A stretch of DNA of 64,000 nucleotides, from contig CM119265.1 in the NCBI GenBank assembly GCA_051294375.1, positions 14,004,124 to 14,068,123 of the forward strand, given 5' to 3'. The notes under the pieces were generated by a model. It did no database searches. It was given only the letters and a program-made list of their open reading frames with translations, and had not been told where the DNA came from. Below are positions 49,900-62,669 of the stretch, in pieces. The first letter of the stretch is position 1; every line of letters begins with the position of its first letter. The stretch is from Paraspadella gotoi. Lineage: Eukaryota; Animalia; Chaetognatha. Both the position numbers and the translations under genes were made by a program.

Positions 49900-51121
49900 T
49901 CACAAATCAATAATGACTTCGACGTAATTGCAAGGGAAGTAACCGCGTTGTCCCCTCAATTCCCCTTCATACCAGTTGTCGTCGAGCCTGGCTAAGAGAT
50001 CAATGATATCCCCTTCCTGAAATGCGAGCTCTCCCTCGTTTTCCACCTCGAAATCGTAAAGGGCCTTGCAACAGGCGCGACTCTGCCTCGACGGCGTAAC
50101 TGAGGCGCTGAGGCTGCTCCTAGAAGCGCCGTTGGTCGGAGCCAGTTGGCCATCCACGGCGTAATCGGAGGCGGTACCGCGGCCGTTGGCCATTCCTGTC
50201 TTGTTAGCCCCGTACAGGTCGAGCGTCGATGGCGGCTTGAGCTCATGCATGGAAGCCACGCGCTTGGGCTTGTGTTCGTCTCGTGGCTTATTCTGAGCCT
50301 GGCGCGCCTTCTCCTGCAGCAGGTCGTTTAGCCTCTCGAGGATATCGACGGTCTGCTTGTGGTAATTGAGTTGCGCCTGACCGAAGGCGGCAAGTTGTGA
50401 GACTTGCTCCGCGTCGTTCTCCAACAGATTAAACATGGACATTTCAGCTAACTCCTTGGTTTCCTCAAATTTGTCCATCGCAGCTCTGATTTCCTCGTCG
50501 GTGGCTCCTTGCTTTCTCCGTTTGCAGTCGAAGTCGAGTCGACGGCCCGACAACTTCTTGCGATGGTGCGCCACTTCCCTCAGATCCTTGTTTTCAAGAT
50601 TTGTCAGTGGATCGAGAAAGTTTTGCTTGACGTTGTCCTCGAGGGCGTATTTGACGTCGGCCATTTGATGTAGACTCTCGCCGTACTCGATGAGTGCAGA
50701 GCCGAAGATCGAATCGTCTCCCAATTCCCGCCCGCTCTTGACCATGCAGTCTCCGAGGAAGCCCTCCGGTTGTGGGCACGTTTGCTGTCGGGGGTTCTGC
50801 CCCGAACCGCGGACCTTGGAGATTGTGTTCAGGGTGAAGAGGCGCGCACGCGATGCCGGGTTGGGCTGAAGATATTCTTGAGTCCTTGCTTGCACTTCCG
50901 TCACTAAGCTATTCATTACATCAACTTTTCGCTCCATTTCCGTGAACTCCTGAGAATGAAGAAGGAAAAATTGTATATAAATAATAAAATTGTAATTGTA
51001 TTTCTCTGAGAATCAACGATCAACCAACCTCGTCGAGTTCCGTCCCCTTAACTCCTCCCATTTTTTCCGAGACATACTGGTTGGCTTTGTTTAATTGCTT
51101 TTTAAAACCAGCTAGAGACAT
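49900..51121 (-). CDS. SH3GL: Endophilin A (N-BAR + SH3), ~380 aa; exons 51121-51029, 50949-49900
   Basis: MSLAGFKKQ.NKA.QY.SEK.GG..GT.LD; EYLQPNPASRA; KKLSGRRLDFD; SH3 ALYDFE.ENEGEL.F...WYEG...GYFP.NYV. Confidence 0.95.
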
Positions 51122-52213
51122 TTTTTATCCGCGTTAAGTAACATCCACAAGGTCAAGTCAAATAAACAAACAAAAAAAAAGATTGAAAAAAAATAAAGGT
51201 TTTCTCGCGGCCGAAAAAGTTTGCTACATGAGTTTGCCCATCGTATCACTTTTAGCCTATACAAATAAAGTTTATTTAAGCAAAACAAAACGAGAATATT
51301 TAACACTTTAATCAAATTAGAACTGTTTGCATTCGAAAAGGATATCGAGTGTAAAATAGAGGCCGGAATTGGAAGTTTTATTCTTTGAAAGGGAGTAAGT
51401 TGAAAGCAGGGAGTAACTCGTCGAAGAAGCGAGCTGACGACGGTTTTCCACCTTCAGTTTAATCATGAAAAACGAAAGATGGAGAAAAGTGGAGAAAAAC
51501 AAAAAACATCCACATCAAGCAGTGACAAGTTTAGATTTATACTAGAAATCTACAAATTGTAGTACAATGAAATTAAATTCAATTGGGGCGGGGGTTCAAA
51601 ACTTGCAGGTTAAAAAATATTTTTTAAAAAAGTTCGATTTTAATGCTTTAAATAAAAATATAACAACAACTTTCAAAATTTTTTTACTCTTTCGAGTAAA
51701 AAAATTATCGAAAGATGATGATGATAAATAGTTTTTCATATTTTTCACACACTTTGATCAAAATATCGAAACAAGAATTATACTTTGTGTAGTCTGTAGT
51801 CGTAAGAGTAAGACAACTTTTTGCAAGCTACCTGAATCTTATCTTAATAAAAAGAAAAAATCCTAAAAAATTTTAGCCTTTCCTATTTATAAATAAATAT
51901 TAAAAAATTAATATATGGGGTATGACGTAATATTAAAATTTTTAGTCTATTCAAATTTTTTTACTGAGTTAGGCTACCCTTATTTATACGTCGATAATAT
52001 ATTGTTTTTGCCATATTGGTTGTAATAATTTCATATCAATAAATAATACAATAATATGTATATCTATAATATCCATTGTTAGAATCTTAAAATATTTCAT
52101 ACTAGGTTTAATTTTTATTAAAAACTTATTATTTCAATAAAATTATTAATATATTTTTCTTTGTGATATATTCCTTTCGTTTCGTTGTGTTTTATAATTA
52201 GAAGAAATTGGCG

Positions 52214-52250
52214 CTGATGAAGGCTGGTACGAAAGCCGAAACATATGGTT
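52214..52250 (+). ncRNA. Hammerhead-ribozyme-like core (Penelope-type relic), probably inactive
   Basis: CTGATGA (52214-52220), stem II GGCT/AGCC, GAAAC (52238-52242), AATAAA about 17 nt downstream; stem I is not recoverable. Confidence 0.45.
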
Positions 52251-55200
52251 TTCTCATGAAATAAAAATCGTTGTAGAAATTCAATTTCAAACTTCTTCTA
52301 ATTATATGTTTCAAAAATATTTTCTTTAAAAAATAATGTAAAACAAATAACCTTGTAACTTTCATAAAGGGATAACTTTGAGTGGACTGAAAACGTATAA
52401 AGAAATTGACGTCTGTAAGTTTAACGTGCTTAGATTTTCCTCCCTCCTACACCGTTTCTAATCTTGCGTTAGATTTCGGTTCAAATTGCTTAGTATCATT
52501 TATTTAAATCTTATCTTATTTTATCGTATCTTATCGATGATATTAATTAAATTTTATACTCAAACATTGAGTTATTTTCTTTTATCGGTTTCATTTCGGT
52601 TTTCTCTGATAGAGAGCGAAATCGCTAGAGAAAGCGCATTCAGGAATTTTAGCCACAGGTAGCAGAAATATATCGGCTTTTTGGGCTAGAAACTATTGAA
52701 CTAACAATATTAATCTGACTGGCCTATCATTTAATTTCATTTATTTAATAAAAAGAATTACAATTATGTACAATTCATTCATGATTTCACAACTATCAAT
52801 GAATACAATGCTACGACAGTTTAATGAAAGTTTAGACCTTTAATAATTAAATTTGTTTTGTAAAAACTTACCATATATGCAAACCAGATGTGACAGTCTC
52901 TGATTGAATATACCCTTAATTCTGTGGTAATTAGGACACAAGACACGTCTTGGCACAGTGTATTGAACTAAAATGTAATGTATTTATAATGGTATGAGAT
53001 GGATTTCTCAATACTAATCAGCAAAGTAACAGTATTAAATTATTCATACAAGGTGATTTTTAATAATATTTGTGAAAATTTTATCCTTTTTACATGCAAA
53101 TTTTTTTTTTTTTTAAAGTGAATGTAGTCTTGTACCATATGAAAGAGTGCAACATGCTGCAAACTACGAAGTTAGGAGCATGCTGTGTTTCTCTTTTACA
53201 ATAATTCACTATTATTTATTCTAATTTTTTACTCAGGGTACACATTTAAAAAATGTGATTCATACTTGCAAATGAAAATATTATCTTTTTCGTTTTTGAG
53301 ACTAGAATCTAATAGTTTTATTTTGAATTTAAACTATTTCAAATCTTTCCTGAGCTAAGTATAGGATAAGTATTAAAAGGAATAGGGCAAAAAGCTATTA
53401 ACAAAGAATTGGGGAAAAACATGAGAGGTAAATGTAATCCATTGATCATTAAAGCACGTTTGCTTGTTTTTGTGACTAGGCAAGAAAACCTTTTCCTTGC
53501 TTTTGAAAAGAAAGTTAACTAATATCGAATCCAGTTTTATCCATTTTATCGCCACCGTTGAAACATCCGAATACATACTTCTGTGATTTGAAATTAAATT
53601 AGTATTAAGCTGCTTACTCTAAACCGACGATTTTCCTCGTCTCTATAAAGAAGCTGATTGACAACATACTGAGGCCCGCAACAAAACACGCTTCATAGAA
53701 GGGCCTGAACTGTAATCTGGTTTAGATGATAAAGGTCCATATCTTGATATAACGGCTACAGAGTTCACAACACAGTTCACTTGACGGTTATCAAAACGAA
53801 TCATAATTAATGAATGACACAGAGGCAAACAATGGTGTTTAGTTTTAAAAATGATTCAAATGAAACGTAATGAACGTGAAATGCTACTGTAGTTCCTAGA
53901 AGGTCGTAAAATTCAACGTAATTTTGAAAATAATTAAAAAAATGAGGTTCAGCTGAAATTTTGAGGAGAGGAAACATTAGTAGGGCTGAACTAATGTTAA
54001 ATGCTGTTTTGGAGGAGAACTGAACATTTTATAGTATATATATTATATAACATCCATGCGTCTTATGGTTCTCCGTTTGTATAAAAAAATAATTATAAGT
54101 CATGGAGTAGTGCTAATTGTAACCCAAATGTTTTCATGCGATTTTGGTCGAGATCAGACGAAATAAATAATGTCAGTCTTTTCGTTTTGTGAACTGATAT
54201 ATAGCTTTCGTTTCAAAGATGACAGACATGCTTCTCGGGAGTGATGGGACCAATTCGTGGCTTAATTTTGCATCATGATTCTCAGAAAAATCGCAGGCAA
54301 ATATGCATGAATATAATATTAATATCCTACGGAGTAAGACTAGAAAAAACGAATGTGAAAAGAATATTAAAAAAAATTGCGGTTTTGCCGCTTCAAAGGT
54401 TCTAATATTTCCAGGGTGGGTGGCTCCATCGTAAGTTGTGTAAGAAATTACTAGTTTGAAACCAATTCACAAAATGCCTTTTTTTAATTTCTTGCAAAAA
54501 TTGTAGTGTATAAAAGTTCAAGATGGAATAATTACGTCTTTGTTTAGGCCTTTCCAAGGGATTTTATCCCTTGACATTCAAACATGGCTACATAAATGGG
54601 GTGTCTACCGAACAGGCGAGCCAGAGTACAATCAGTCATTTGCAAATTCGTAGCGAAAATATGAATTAGTAAAAAAAAAAAAAAATTCAAAATCAAATTC
54701 TATATACATTTATAACTTTATAATTTATTATCCATTTACTTCAACTATTAACAATTTTAAAGCCCTTCCTTGATAATCAGATCATTTTCAAAAATTCAAA
54801 TTTTTGGCGCAGTTTGAAGATTTTGTTGATTTATGATTTGTTTATTAGGGAGAGGCTTCAAAACGTAATGTCTTTTGTATTGCTCACTCATATAATCGTT
54901 ATGAATTGCAAAAGGCTGAATTACAAACATGCGGGTGCATCTAGGATTTGAAGGATGCAATTAACAATTATGAGGAGGAATTTTTGGCTACCAATAAATG
55001 GATGCCGAATGTATGGGAAGCAAACTATTAAAGGGAAGATCTGTTTCTGTAAGACATGGCCGTCTAATGTCAAATGTGAAAAAAGAGTGATTGGTCAATA
55101 CTAATAATTGGGTAAAAATAAACTGTTTGAAAGATAGGCAGCCTAAGTTTGAAGGTGCTTCTAATCAGTAAGATACTAAAATTAATACTGCTAGATTGTT

Positions 55201-55490
55201 AATAAGAGAATATGAAATACAAACAACTTTACTTGCCTTCAGTGTATGGCAATAGGAATGAATCTTAATTAAACTAAGGCACGTCTCTTACATTGTAATG
55301 TAAAATTTCTTAAACTCACAGAGAAATCTAAATTTAATTTCTATAATTTTTATTTTACTTAATGCCGTTAACAAGATTACAGCCACTTTCGAAGTCCATT
55401 CAAGGACGGATGTAATAAATACGATGGCAAGGATGTTAATTTCTGTCAAAACTTTCCTTGTTAGACGTCTAGTATTTGTGAAGGTGCGAG

Positions 55491-58400
55491 TCACAATATT
55501 TCGCAGGGCCATAAGGATTGGAAGCAGTTAGCTGAAATACAATGAAAAATTGAAAATGTAATGCTAATTAATTTTGTAAGTCAAACGCAATGTTACTCAC
55601 ATCTTCTTCTGGATGAATCCGATGACGCGCTACTATTTGTCTGAAAAAAAAAAACATGTTGGTGATTTAGTATTAAACTTATTGTTATCCCACTAAACTA
55701 AAAAAATATATATGAAAAAAAAGGATAATAATCAAGAAACAAAGATTTAAAAAATCATTACAATAATATTGAAAGTCGAAAGGCAAAATTTTCATGTAGG
55801 AATAACTAAATGTGAAATAAGTGTTTTAAATTTGTTTATTATTATAAGAACCCAAAACAACAAGCTGACGAAGTACGGCAAACAAGCGATAAGGCAGCAT
55901 GATAATATGATAAAACAAAAATGGAATGTAACGCAACATATTCTTTCTTTGTTTACTTTACTCTTTGCATTAATTTAAAATTTATGGTACAGTCATGTGC
56001 AGTCGCGCCACTTTATTTCAGAATTTAAAAATAATTATATATATATATACTTTAATATAATTTAAAAAAAATTAAAGTTTATTGAAAAATGATAATTTTA
56101 TTAAAATTGGGCCATCCGTTTAGGAGCAGTGATTTTTTTAAAATGAAGTACTCTACCGCAAAGCTGAATGTAAAAAAAAATCTGATTTTTACTAACCTTT
56201 TTTTTTATTTACTTTGCATTCTTTGTGGTTAATAAAAAAAAAATATACTGGACATCTAGATAGCTGGATAAGTGGATTGACTCAGATCCCTAAATAATTA
56301 AGGTATTTGAAACATATGATGAAAAACAGGTCCATGATTTTAAGCTTTTAGATAAAAGTCGATTTTCCCGTTTAATTTAATTAAAAATCATATCTCTTAA
56401 AATTGTAATATAATTTAAACGCATTGATTCTTTTTTTTAATTTATTTTTCTTATATATTTTTTAAAAATATTTTTATATAGAGTGTCTTGAATTTAAAGT
56501 TATAAAGTGGCGCGTTTCTTTTGCCCAGGAGTGTAATGCTTGATGGATAAGAATATGCTACTAATTAATTGTAAAATAAAAAGAACATATGGGAGAGAAA
56601 CAAAAATGAGATGACTTTTAAGAACCATGGCTTCAACAAAAAACAAAAAAAGTCAACATGTCCTCATCACTCATTCATCACTAGTGAATAGCTATGAAAA
56701 TTAATTGGAAAGTTAAAAATTCTCAGAAAATTATACAATTTATGAGAAAATAGCTACGTGTTTTCAATTCCATAATAGAAAAGGTCACAAGACTAGTTTC
56801 TGTGTCAAATTTAGAAAGCAAAAAAGTATTCCGTGCTGCGGCGTAAGATTCCGGTCGCAAATTTTGGAGAGTGATCGTTTCTGACAATGATGTTAATATA
56901 CTCGATTCGGGTAGTGATATGTCAAAAAATGACGATTATAAAAATCATACTTAGTTAATAATCAGTATAATAATAATGTTATTATTAATAATATTAATAA
57001 TAATGATAAAATAAATATTAATAATAATTTGAATTATGATACAATTTAAAAATTTGGACTAAAATTATCAAAAATATTAATCAAAATCGATTTTATCTTA
57101 AAAGTTCCTATAAATTCTTAGGTTCAAACATCGCTATAAAGGCGATTGTACTCTATCATTTGATCGCTCTTGTGTGTTTTTTCCGGTCAATTTTTTTTTG
57201 TTTTTATGGTTCCAAAGTATAGAGCAGACAAAGAAAAACCAAATAAAAGAAGTCGTTAAGAGAGATCTAGTGTGATTATTGATTTTTGGTTGATCTAATG
57301 GATATTGGATAATTGTTGTATTGGTTGTTTCAATTTTAGTCATATTAACTTTATAGAAATAAAGAAGTATTCAGTTCTTTCAGAGAGGAATGAGCCATTT
57401 TTATGATGAGGACATGCATACAAACAGCCCTAGAACAAAAATCGGGTTAATGATTGATGAAGGATGAGAAATGATTCCGTACTTCCGTCACCATGCTGTC
57501 AGTGCCGCCGCCGGTCAAGCAGACGAGGCATTCTTGCCCGATGTCCGGTTTGCCCGGCGGCTTTCCCTCCGTTTTTTCATGATAACATCTTAAAGCTGCT
57601 GTCGTCTCGCCGTTCGACTTTGGTTGGTCACCACTTCGCCCTGTACCGTGAGAATTTCCCGGTCGTCCGTTGGCGTCGCCCGGGTCGCCAGGGGGTCGCT
57701 TTCCGGTCCCGTTCTTCGTACCGTGACCCCCGTTCTTTTTGCCATAATCGCTGTCACCGACGTCGGGGAAGTCAAGACCCGGATGCGGCCGCGACTCTCC
57801 CGGCGCGGAAGGAATGATAGACGTAGAAGGACCCGCCGCTCCTGGGAATTTGAGACGCACAGAAAGTGAATGAAGTCATTATCCTCCTAAGAATTCAAGC
57901 TAAATTTTGGAACAAAAACTCCATTACGAATTTCACAAAGAACATTTGCTTTCTTTCTAAAAATACACCGCATTTTCTTTCTTCATAGAAATAAAATCTT
58001 TTAACATTAAACGGTATAATCGTTAAATATCAGTATAAATATATATATATTTTTTTAAAACCGCGTCAATATCTACGAATGCACCTGCGGAGAGGAGTCC
58101 TTGAGCAATGGCACTTTGATATGCGGATGACTGAAAAAAAAATTTCCATTAATTGTTAAAGATAGCAAGATAAAATTATAAAACCATTTTTAAAATCTTA
58201 CCTCCAATTCCTTGGCTTTCAACTTAGCTCTGTCGTTTTCTTCTCGGTACGTTTGAATATTCTTGAGCAGTTGTGCTCTGATGCCCATCTGGTGAACACC
58301 CATCTGTTAAAAATTTTATAAAAAAAAAAACCAACTGATAATTGGGGATTTGTCGATGAATATAAATAAGTGTTTTTACGAGACTAAATTTTAAGACCTG

Positions 58401-61302
58401 TTGTAGCTCTTCGTCGGTTAGCTGCACCATAGATTCTATGGTGATGCGATGCCTTGCAAACAAAGGGATGTAATCATCCGCGCCGGCATCTTGCAAAATA
58501 TGTAGCACGGCATATTCAACTTGATGTTCCTTCAAACAAAATTGTTTAATTAATCAAAAGAACAACAGGGGCGCTAATCGGTGGTGGTTTTCTACGAATA
58601 AAACTCGAGATTGTGGACGACGTTAATTTTTTCATTTGTTGCACAAGTAAATTTTACCCTCGTGAACTCATGACGATAATCAATCAATCAAAGTGATTAC
58701 TTGAAGTTGTGTTTTAGAAAAATGGCAGAAGAACAGTTGGTTTTTAGTTGGTTGTTAGTCACATTCATCTCCTCTTACTCTTTTATGAATTATGATACAA
58801 TTAATTATTAACTGTTATTGAGAGCTCTTCGGCAGCAATCTTCGCTTCTTCACTGGTAAAAAAAAGTGTAACTGAAAACGTTAGTAGACTACATCGTGTA
58901 CTGTACGCGCGAACATTAATATTTTTGAAATACATAGAGTCTCGATCTAAAGAAACGGCTAATACCTTGCTCAACTCAATCTCTTCGTCCAGACTCAAGT
59001 CGACAGCCGATGGCAATTGACGCCAACTCTTTTGCTCTTCAGGATTCGAATTCACAGAAATCCCATATCTCTCAGAAATTTCCTTCTCCAATTCCTTCCA
59101 TTGATGCCACTTATGCTTTTTTTTTTATTACACAACACGTAAAGGAGAAAGACAGTATGAAAAAAAAATTTTCTTTCCTATTCGCAATATTTGGAAAATG
59201 GCCGATGTTAATTTTAAATACCGTTCTCACCTTGTCTATCAAGGCCTGGGGCTTCTTATCCATCAGCCGTTGATATTGCACCAGCCAGTAAAACGCTTCT
59301 GTGTCTTCTCTCTGCTCTTCCATCTCGTACTGAAAAAGTCAACGATCGAAATTTAAGCCGACCGCACGACGCAGTGGAAATAATATGTTCAAAAGACATT
59401 CAGTTGTGACACTAACCATAAAAAATGACCAATTTTTTGGGGGTTATATTTTTAGTTCTGATTGATTGCAAATTTGATTATTCGCTATATTTTTATTCAG
59501 AATAGTTGAATTAATATGTTTTATAATGATAGTATCATTAGAAAACATCTTAATTCAATTAGTAATGATACTAGTGATACAATTGATTCCCGTCTCAGCG
59601 TCTCACCAGTCGTTTCTTCAACTCTTCTTCCCTCGCCGCCTTCTCGTCCACCAACTGGTGCATCACTCGCATGAGCATGTCCCTGTGTTCCGCCAGGATG
59701 ACCTTGTCCTGCTCAGCCTTGACCAGTTTCCTGTCCAATTCGAGAGCAGTGAGCCGCTTCAGCTCCTGCTCGATCAGAGTGATCTCGGTGCGAAGCCGCT
59801 CGTGCTTCACGTCTTTCTCCAACACCAGCTGCTCGTAGGCCTCTCGCTGGAATTCAACCTGTCGAATGGAGATTAATGTTTACTAAACAGTTTAGGTAGT
59901 ACTTTCATTTGCAGTTAAGTACTTATCTGTCATTTCATTGATTTGTTTATTACCTTTGTGTTATTGTCTTTTTAGTGTCATTTTATCAATAGTTAAAAAG
60001 AGCATAATGTTTGGGTGGTTTTTTTCTTTTTTCTCTCACTATATTTTATTGTCATTTCAATTACTTGGAGGTCTACATCCCTTCTCTTCCTACCTCTTCC
60101 ATGAATTCCTTGAGCATCTCGTCTCTCGAGCGCCACTTTTGTTGAAGTATATTGTCGACAGCGTCCTGGCGCTCGGTGATCTCCTTGACGGCGCGGTCGC
60201 GCACCTCCTCTTTCTTTTTTTCGTATCTCTCGAAGGCTGCCAAGAGTTGGGCCTCGCTGTACTGTTCCAACTGGTCTGACATGGATTCTGGAGTGAAATG
60301 AGAGAATTAAAAGGAAATTGCGTTTTGTTATATATTCTAAAACTAACAAACCTAGATATTATGTTTCTGAAAAAAAGTATTACGTAAGTATCTAAAACAA
60401 ACCTAAAACTTCTTTTTGTCTGAGATGCATAACTTCCTCTTGCGTGATTTGGAAGAGATTTTCCTCTTCCGCCCTGTATCTCTCCGCTGCGTCCAAAATC
60501 TCTTCGTATTCTTCCGCCCTTTTGTAAATAGAGTTAGAAACAGATTGTATTTGATTTATTATAAAATGATAGAAATTAATATTTTGAAAAAAACATTTCG
60601 AGTTTAATGCTGCAGTATGTAGAATAAAGCATAAACAGTTAAGTGACTTTTAAGTACGTTTCTTCAAATAAATATTCTCTTTTACACTTACTAATTCCCA
60701 GTTGTATATATATAAAACAGCTTAAGTCTTCATTAATTCACAAAAAAAAAAAAAAAAAACTTCACGAAGACAATGAAATTCGCGACGACGTTACCCGTCC
60801 CACCTTTCGTTAAGATCGAGAATTTGTCTGAGGAGTGCGTTGACTTCCTCGTCGGCTTCTTTGACGGAGACGAGAAGACGTCGACGATCCGCTTCGCGCT
60901 TCTGGTAGATGACGTCCAAGTCCGTCAGCAGCTTAACCTGTTCCTCCGCGACCTCGTCCAGGAGGTAAGCCTTCTTGGCCTATGTAGAAAAGGTTATTAG
61001 TAGATTGTGAAGAAGATCAAAGATTAAAAACGCCAATTAGAGGGGGCGGGTTTCAGAGTCCAAGAGAGAGGAATTTGTTTGCATTTATCAGTTTTATGGA
61101 TATAATCGTTGAAATTTTGAATTTGAAGAGCACCGAACCTTAATTTCAGCGACAAGCTGCATCTCTTGATCTAACATTTCGTGAATTTGTTTCTCGGCCA
61201 TTAGCCTCTCCTGATTTTTCATGTGCTTGTTCGTCTCGTAGTCTCTTCTCCTTTCCTGTAATAAAAAAATAAAAAGATAATCAGGAAATAAGAAAGAAAA
61301 TA

Positions 61303-61338
<36 letters not shown>

Positions 61339-61821
61339 ACTAGAAAGAAGAAGAAAGAAAAGAAAAGAAAGAAAGAAAGAAAGAAAGAAAGAAATAGAAA
61401 GAATTAAAATGAATAACGACAGAAAGAAGGAAGCCAAAATCAGTTTTACTTCACTTGGAAACATTGCACCTCGAATTTGGTTTCCGCGATGACGGTGGCG
61501 CTGAGCTTCATCTTGTTCCTGGTCGCCTCCTCGTCGACCAACTCCTCGGGGGTGAATTCCCCGATGACTGTCTTGCCCCTGGGCGCTTCGAGGAAGGCGG
61601 GCGGACCCGCGTACCCCGGGGCGAAGACCCCGCCGGGAGGAATGCCTTGCTTTCGCACTGCGTACGAGTCGAGGGAGTAACAGGAAGTGGGCGTGGTCGC
61701 GTCGGACGGCGCCTCGTAGTCCAACCCGTACTCTGTCGAAGTCGATCGAGATATTTAATGTTTCGTAGTTTTATTTCACTATATAAATACCGAATTTTTA
61801 GCTCTCTCTCTCTCTCACTTA

Positions 61822-61893
<72 letters not shown>

Positions 61894-62669
61894 ACTCACT
61901 CTCTCTCTGGAAATTCGTCATTCCTCACCTTTACACAAAAATTTCATGATGGCCGCCGTCCCTTCTTCGCAAATGATTGGATCCGGATGCCTCATAGCGT
62001 AAGTATCAACGACCAGCTTCTTCATAGTTCCGGCACATCTGGAAGCGGTAATGAAGCTAGAAAACCAAGCTCCGAATAACGAAGACGAAAAACAAAATTA
62101 ATTTCCTCACCTGGCGAATTCCGTTGGCAGTGAACGCACGTGAGAGTTTTTCGTCAGGTCAACCGCTTCCAGCAAAGTTAATTCGCAAAGAATCATGGGG
62201 AATTCTAAATGAAAAATAGAAACGGCGCAATGCGGTTTTTTGAGGTTATAATTTAGTAAAGCGGGTCAAAGTACTACCTCTGAGTTTATTGTGTCTGAGA
62301 TTAATCTGTTGCAGTTTAGTCAAGTTCCTGATGGACGCCGGAAGTTTCCTGACTTTGTTGTTGCGTAAATTGAGAGCGCGGAGATTCGGCAATAATCCAA
62401 CTTCATCGGGAACAAATGTGAACCAATTCTCGCTCAGGTCAAGTACCTTGAATAATATTTAAAAATCGTTAAAATCAAACAACCAATCAATTAATCAATA
62501 AACAATTTAATCAACGAATATATGAAATCATTTTTATCAATCAATCAATCCGTCAATTAATAAATCAATCGATCAATCAATCAATATTATCAACCTGGAT
62601 AAGAAAAAGATCCGCAATTTTTCCTCCCCCACGAATGGAAGTCAAATAATTGTTACGAAGAATCAGAGT
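55491..62669 (-). CDS. LRSAM1: LRSAM1/Tal-like protein (LRR, coiled coil, SAM, PSAP); many exons; first coding exon(s) not identified and terminal exons uncertain
   Basis: LRR exons 62669-62595, 62446-62278, 62204-62111; ICEEGTAAIMKFLCKEYGLDYEAPS; AFYWLVQYQRLMDKKPQAL; SAM YIPLFARHRITIE...LTDEELQQMGV; PSAP; ECLVCL. Confidence 0.8.
55988..56535. mobile_element. Tc1/mariner-type MITE-like element
   Basis: Imperfect terminal inverted repeats TACAGTCATGTGCAGTCGCGCCACTTTAT / ATAAAGTGGCGCGTTTCTTTTGCCCAGGAGTGTA with TA at both ends; non-coding AT-rich interior. Confidence 0.6.
61288..61402. repeat. (GAAA)n microsatellite in an LRSAM1 intron
   Basis: Direct sequence. Confidence 0.9.
61802..61908. 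repeat. (CT)n microsatellite in an LRSAM1 intron
   Basis: Direct sequence. Confidence 0.95.

Noticed and set aside
219-51121. Prokaryotic operon or bacterial contamination
   Set aside because: Genes are eukaryote-specific (SMG1, CHMP3, EMC7, endophilin) and contain spliceosomal GT-AG introns.
61219-61949. F/L/S-rich and (SL)n ORFs
   Set aside because: These arise from the (GAAA)n and (CT)n microsatellites or are antisense to an LRSAM1 exon.
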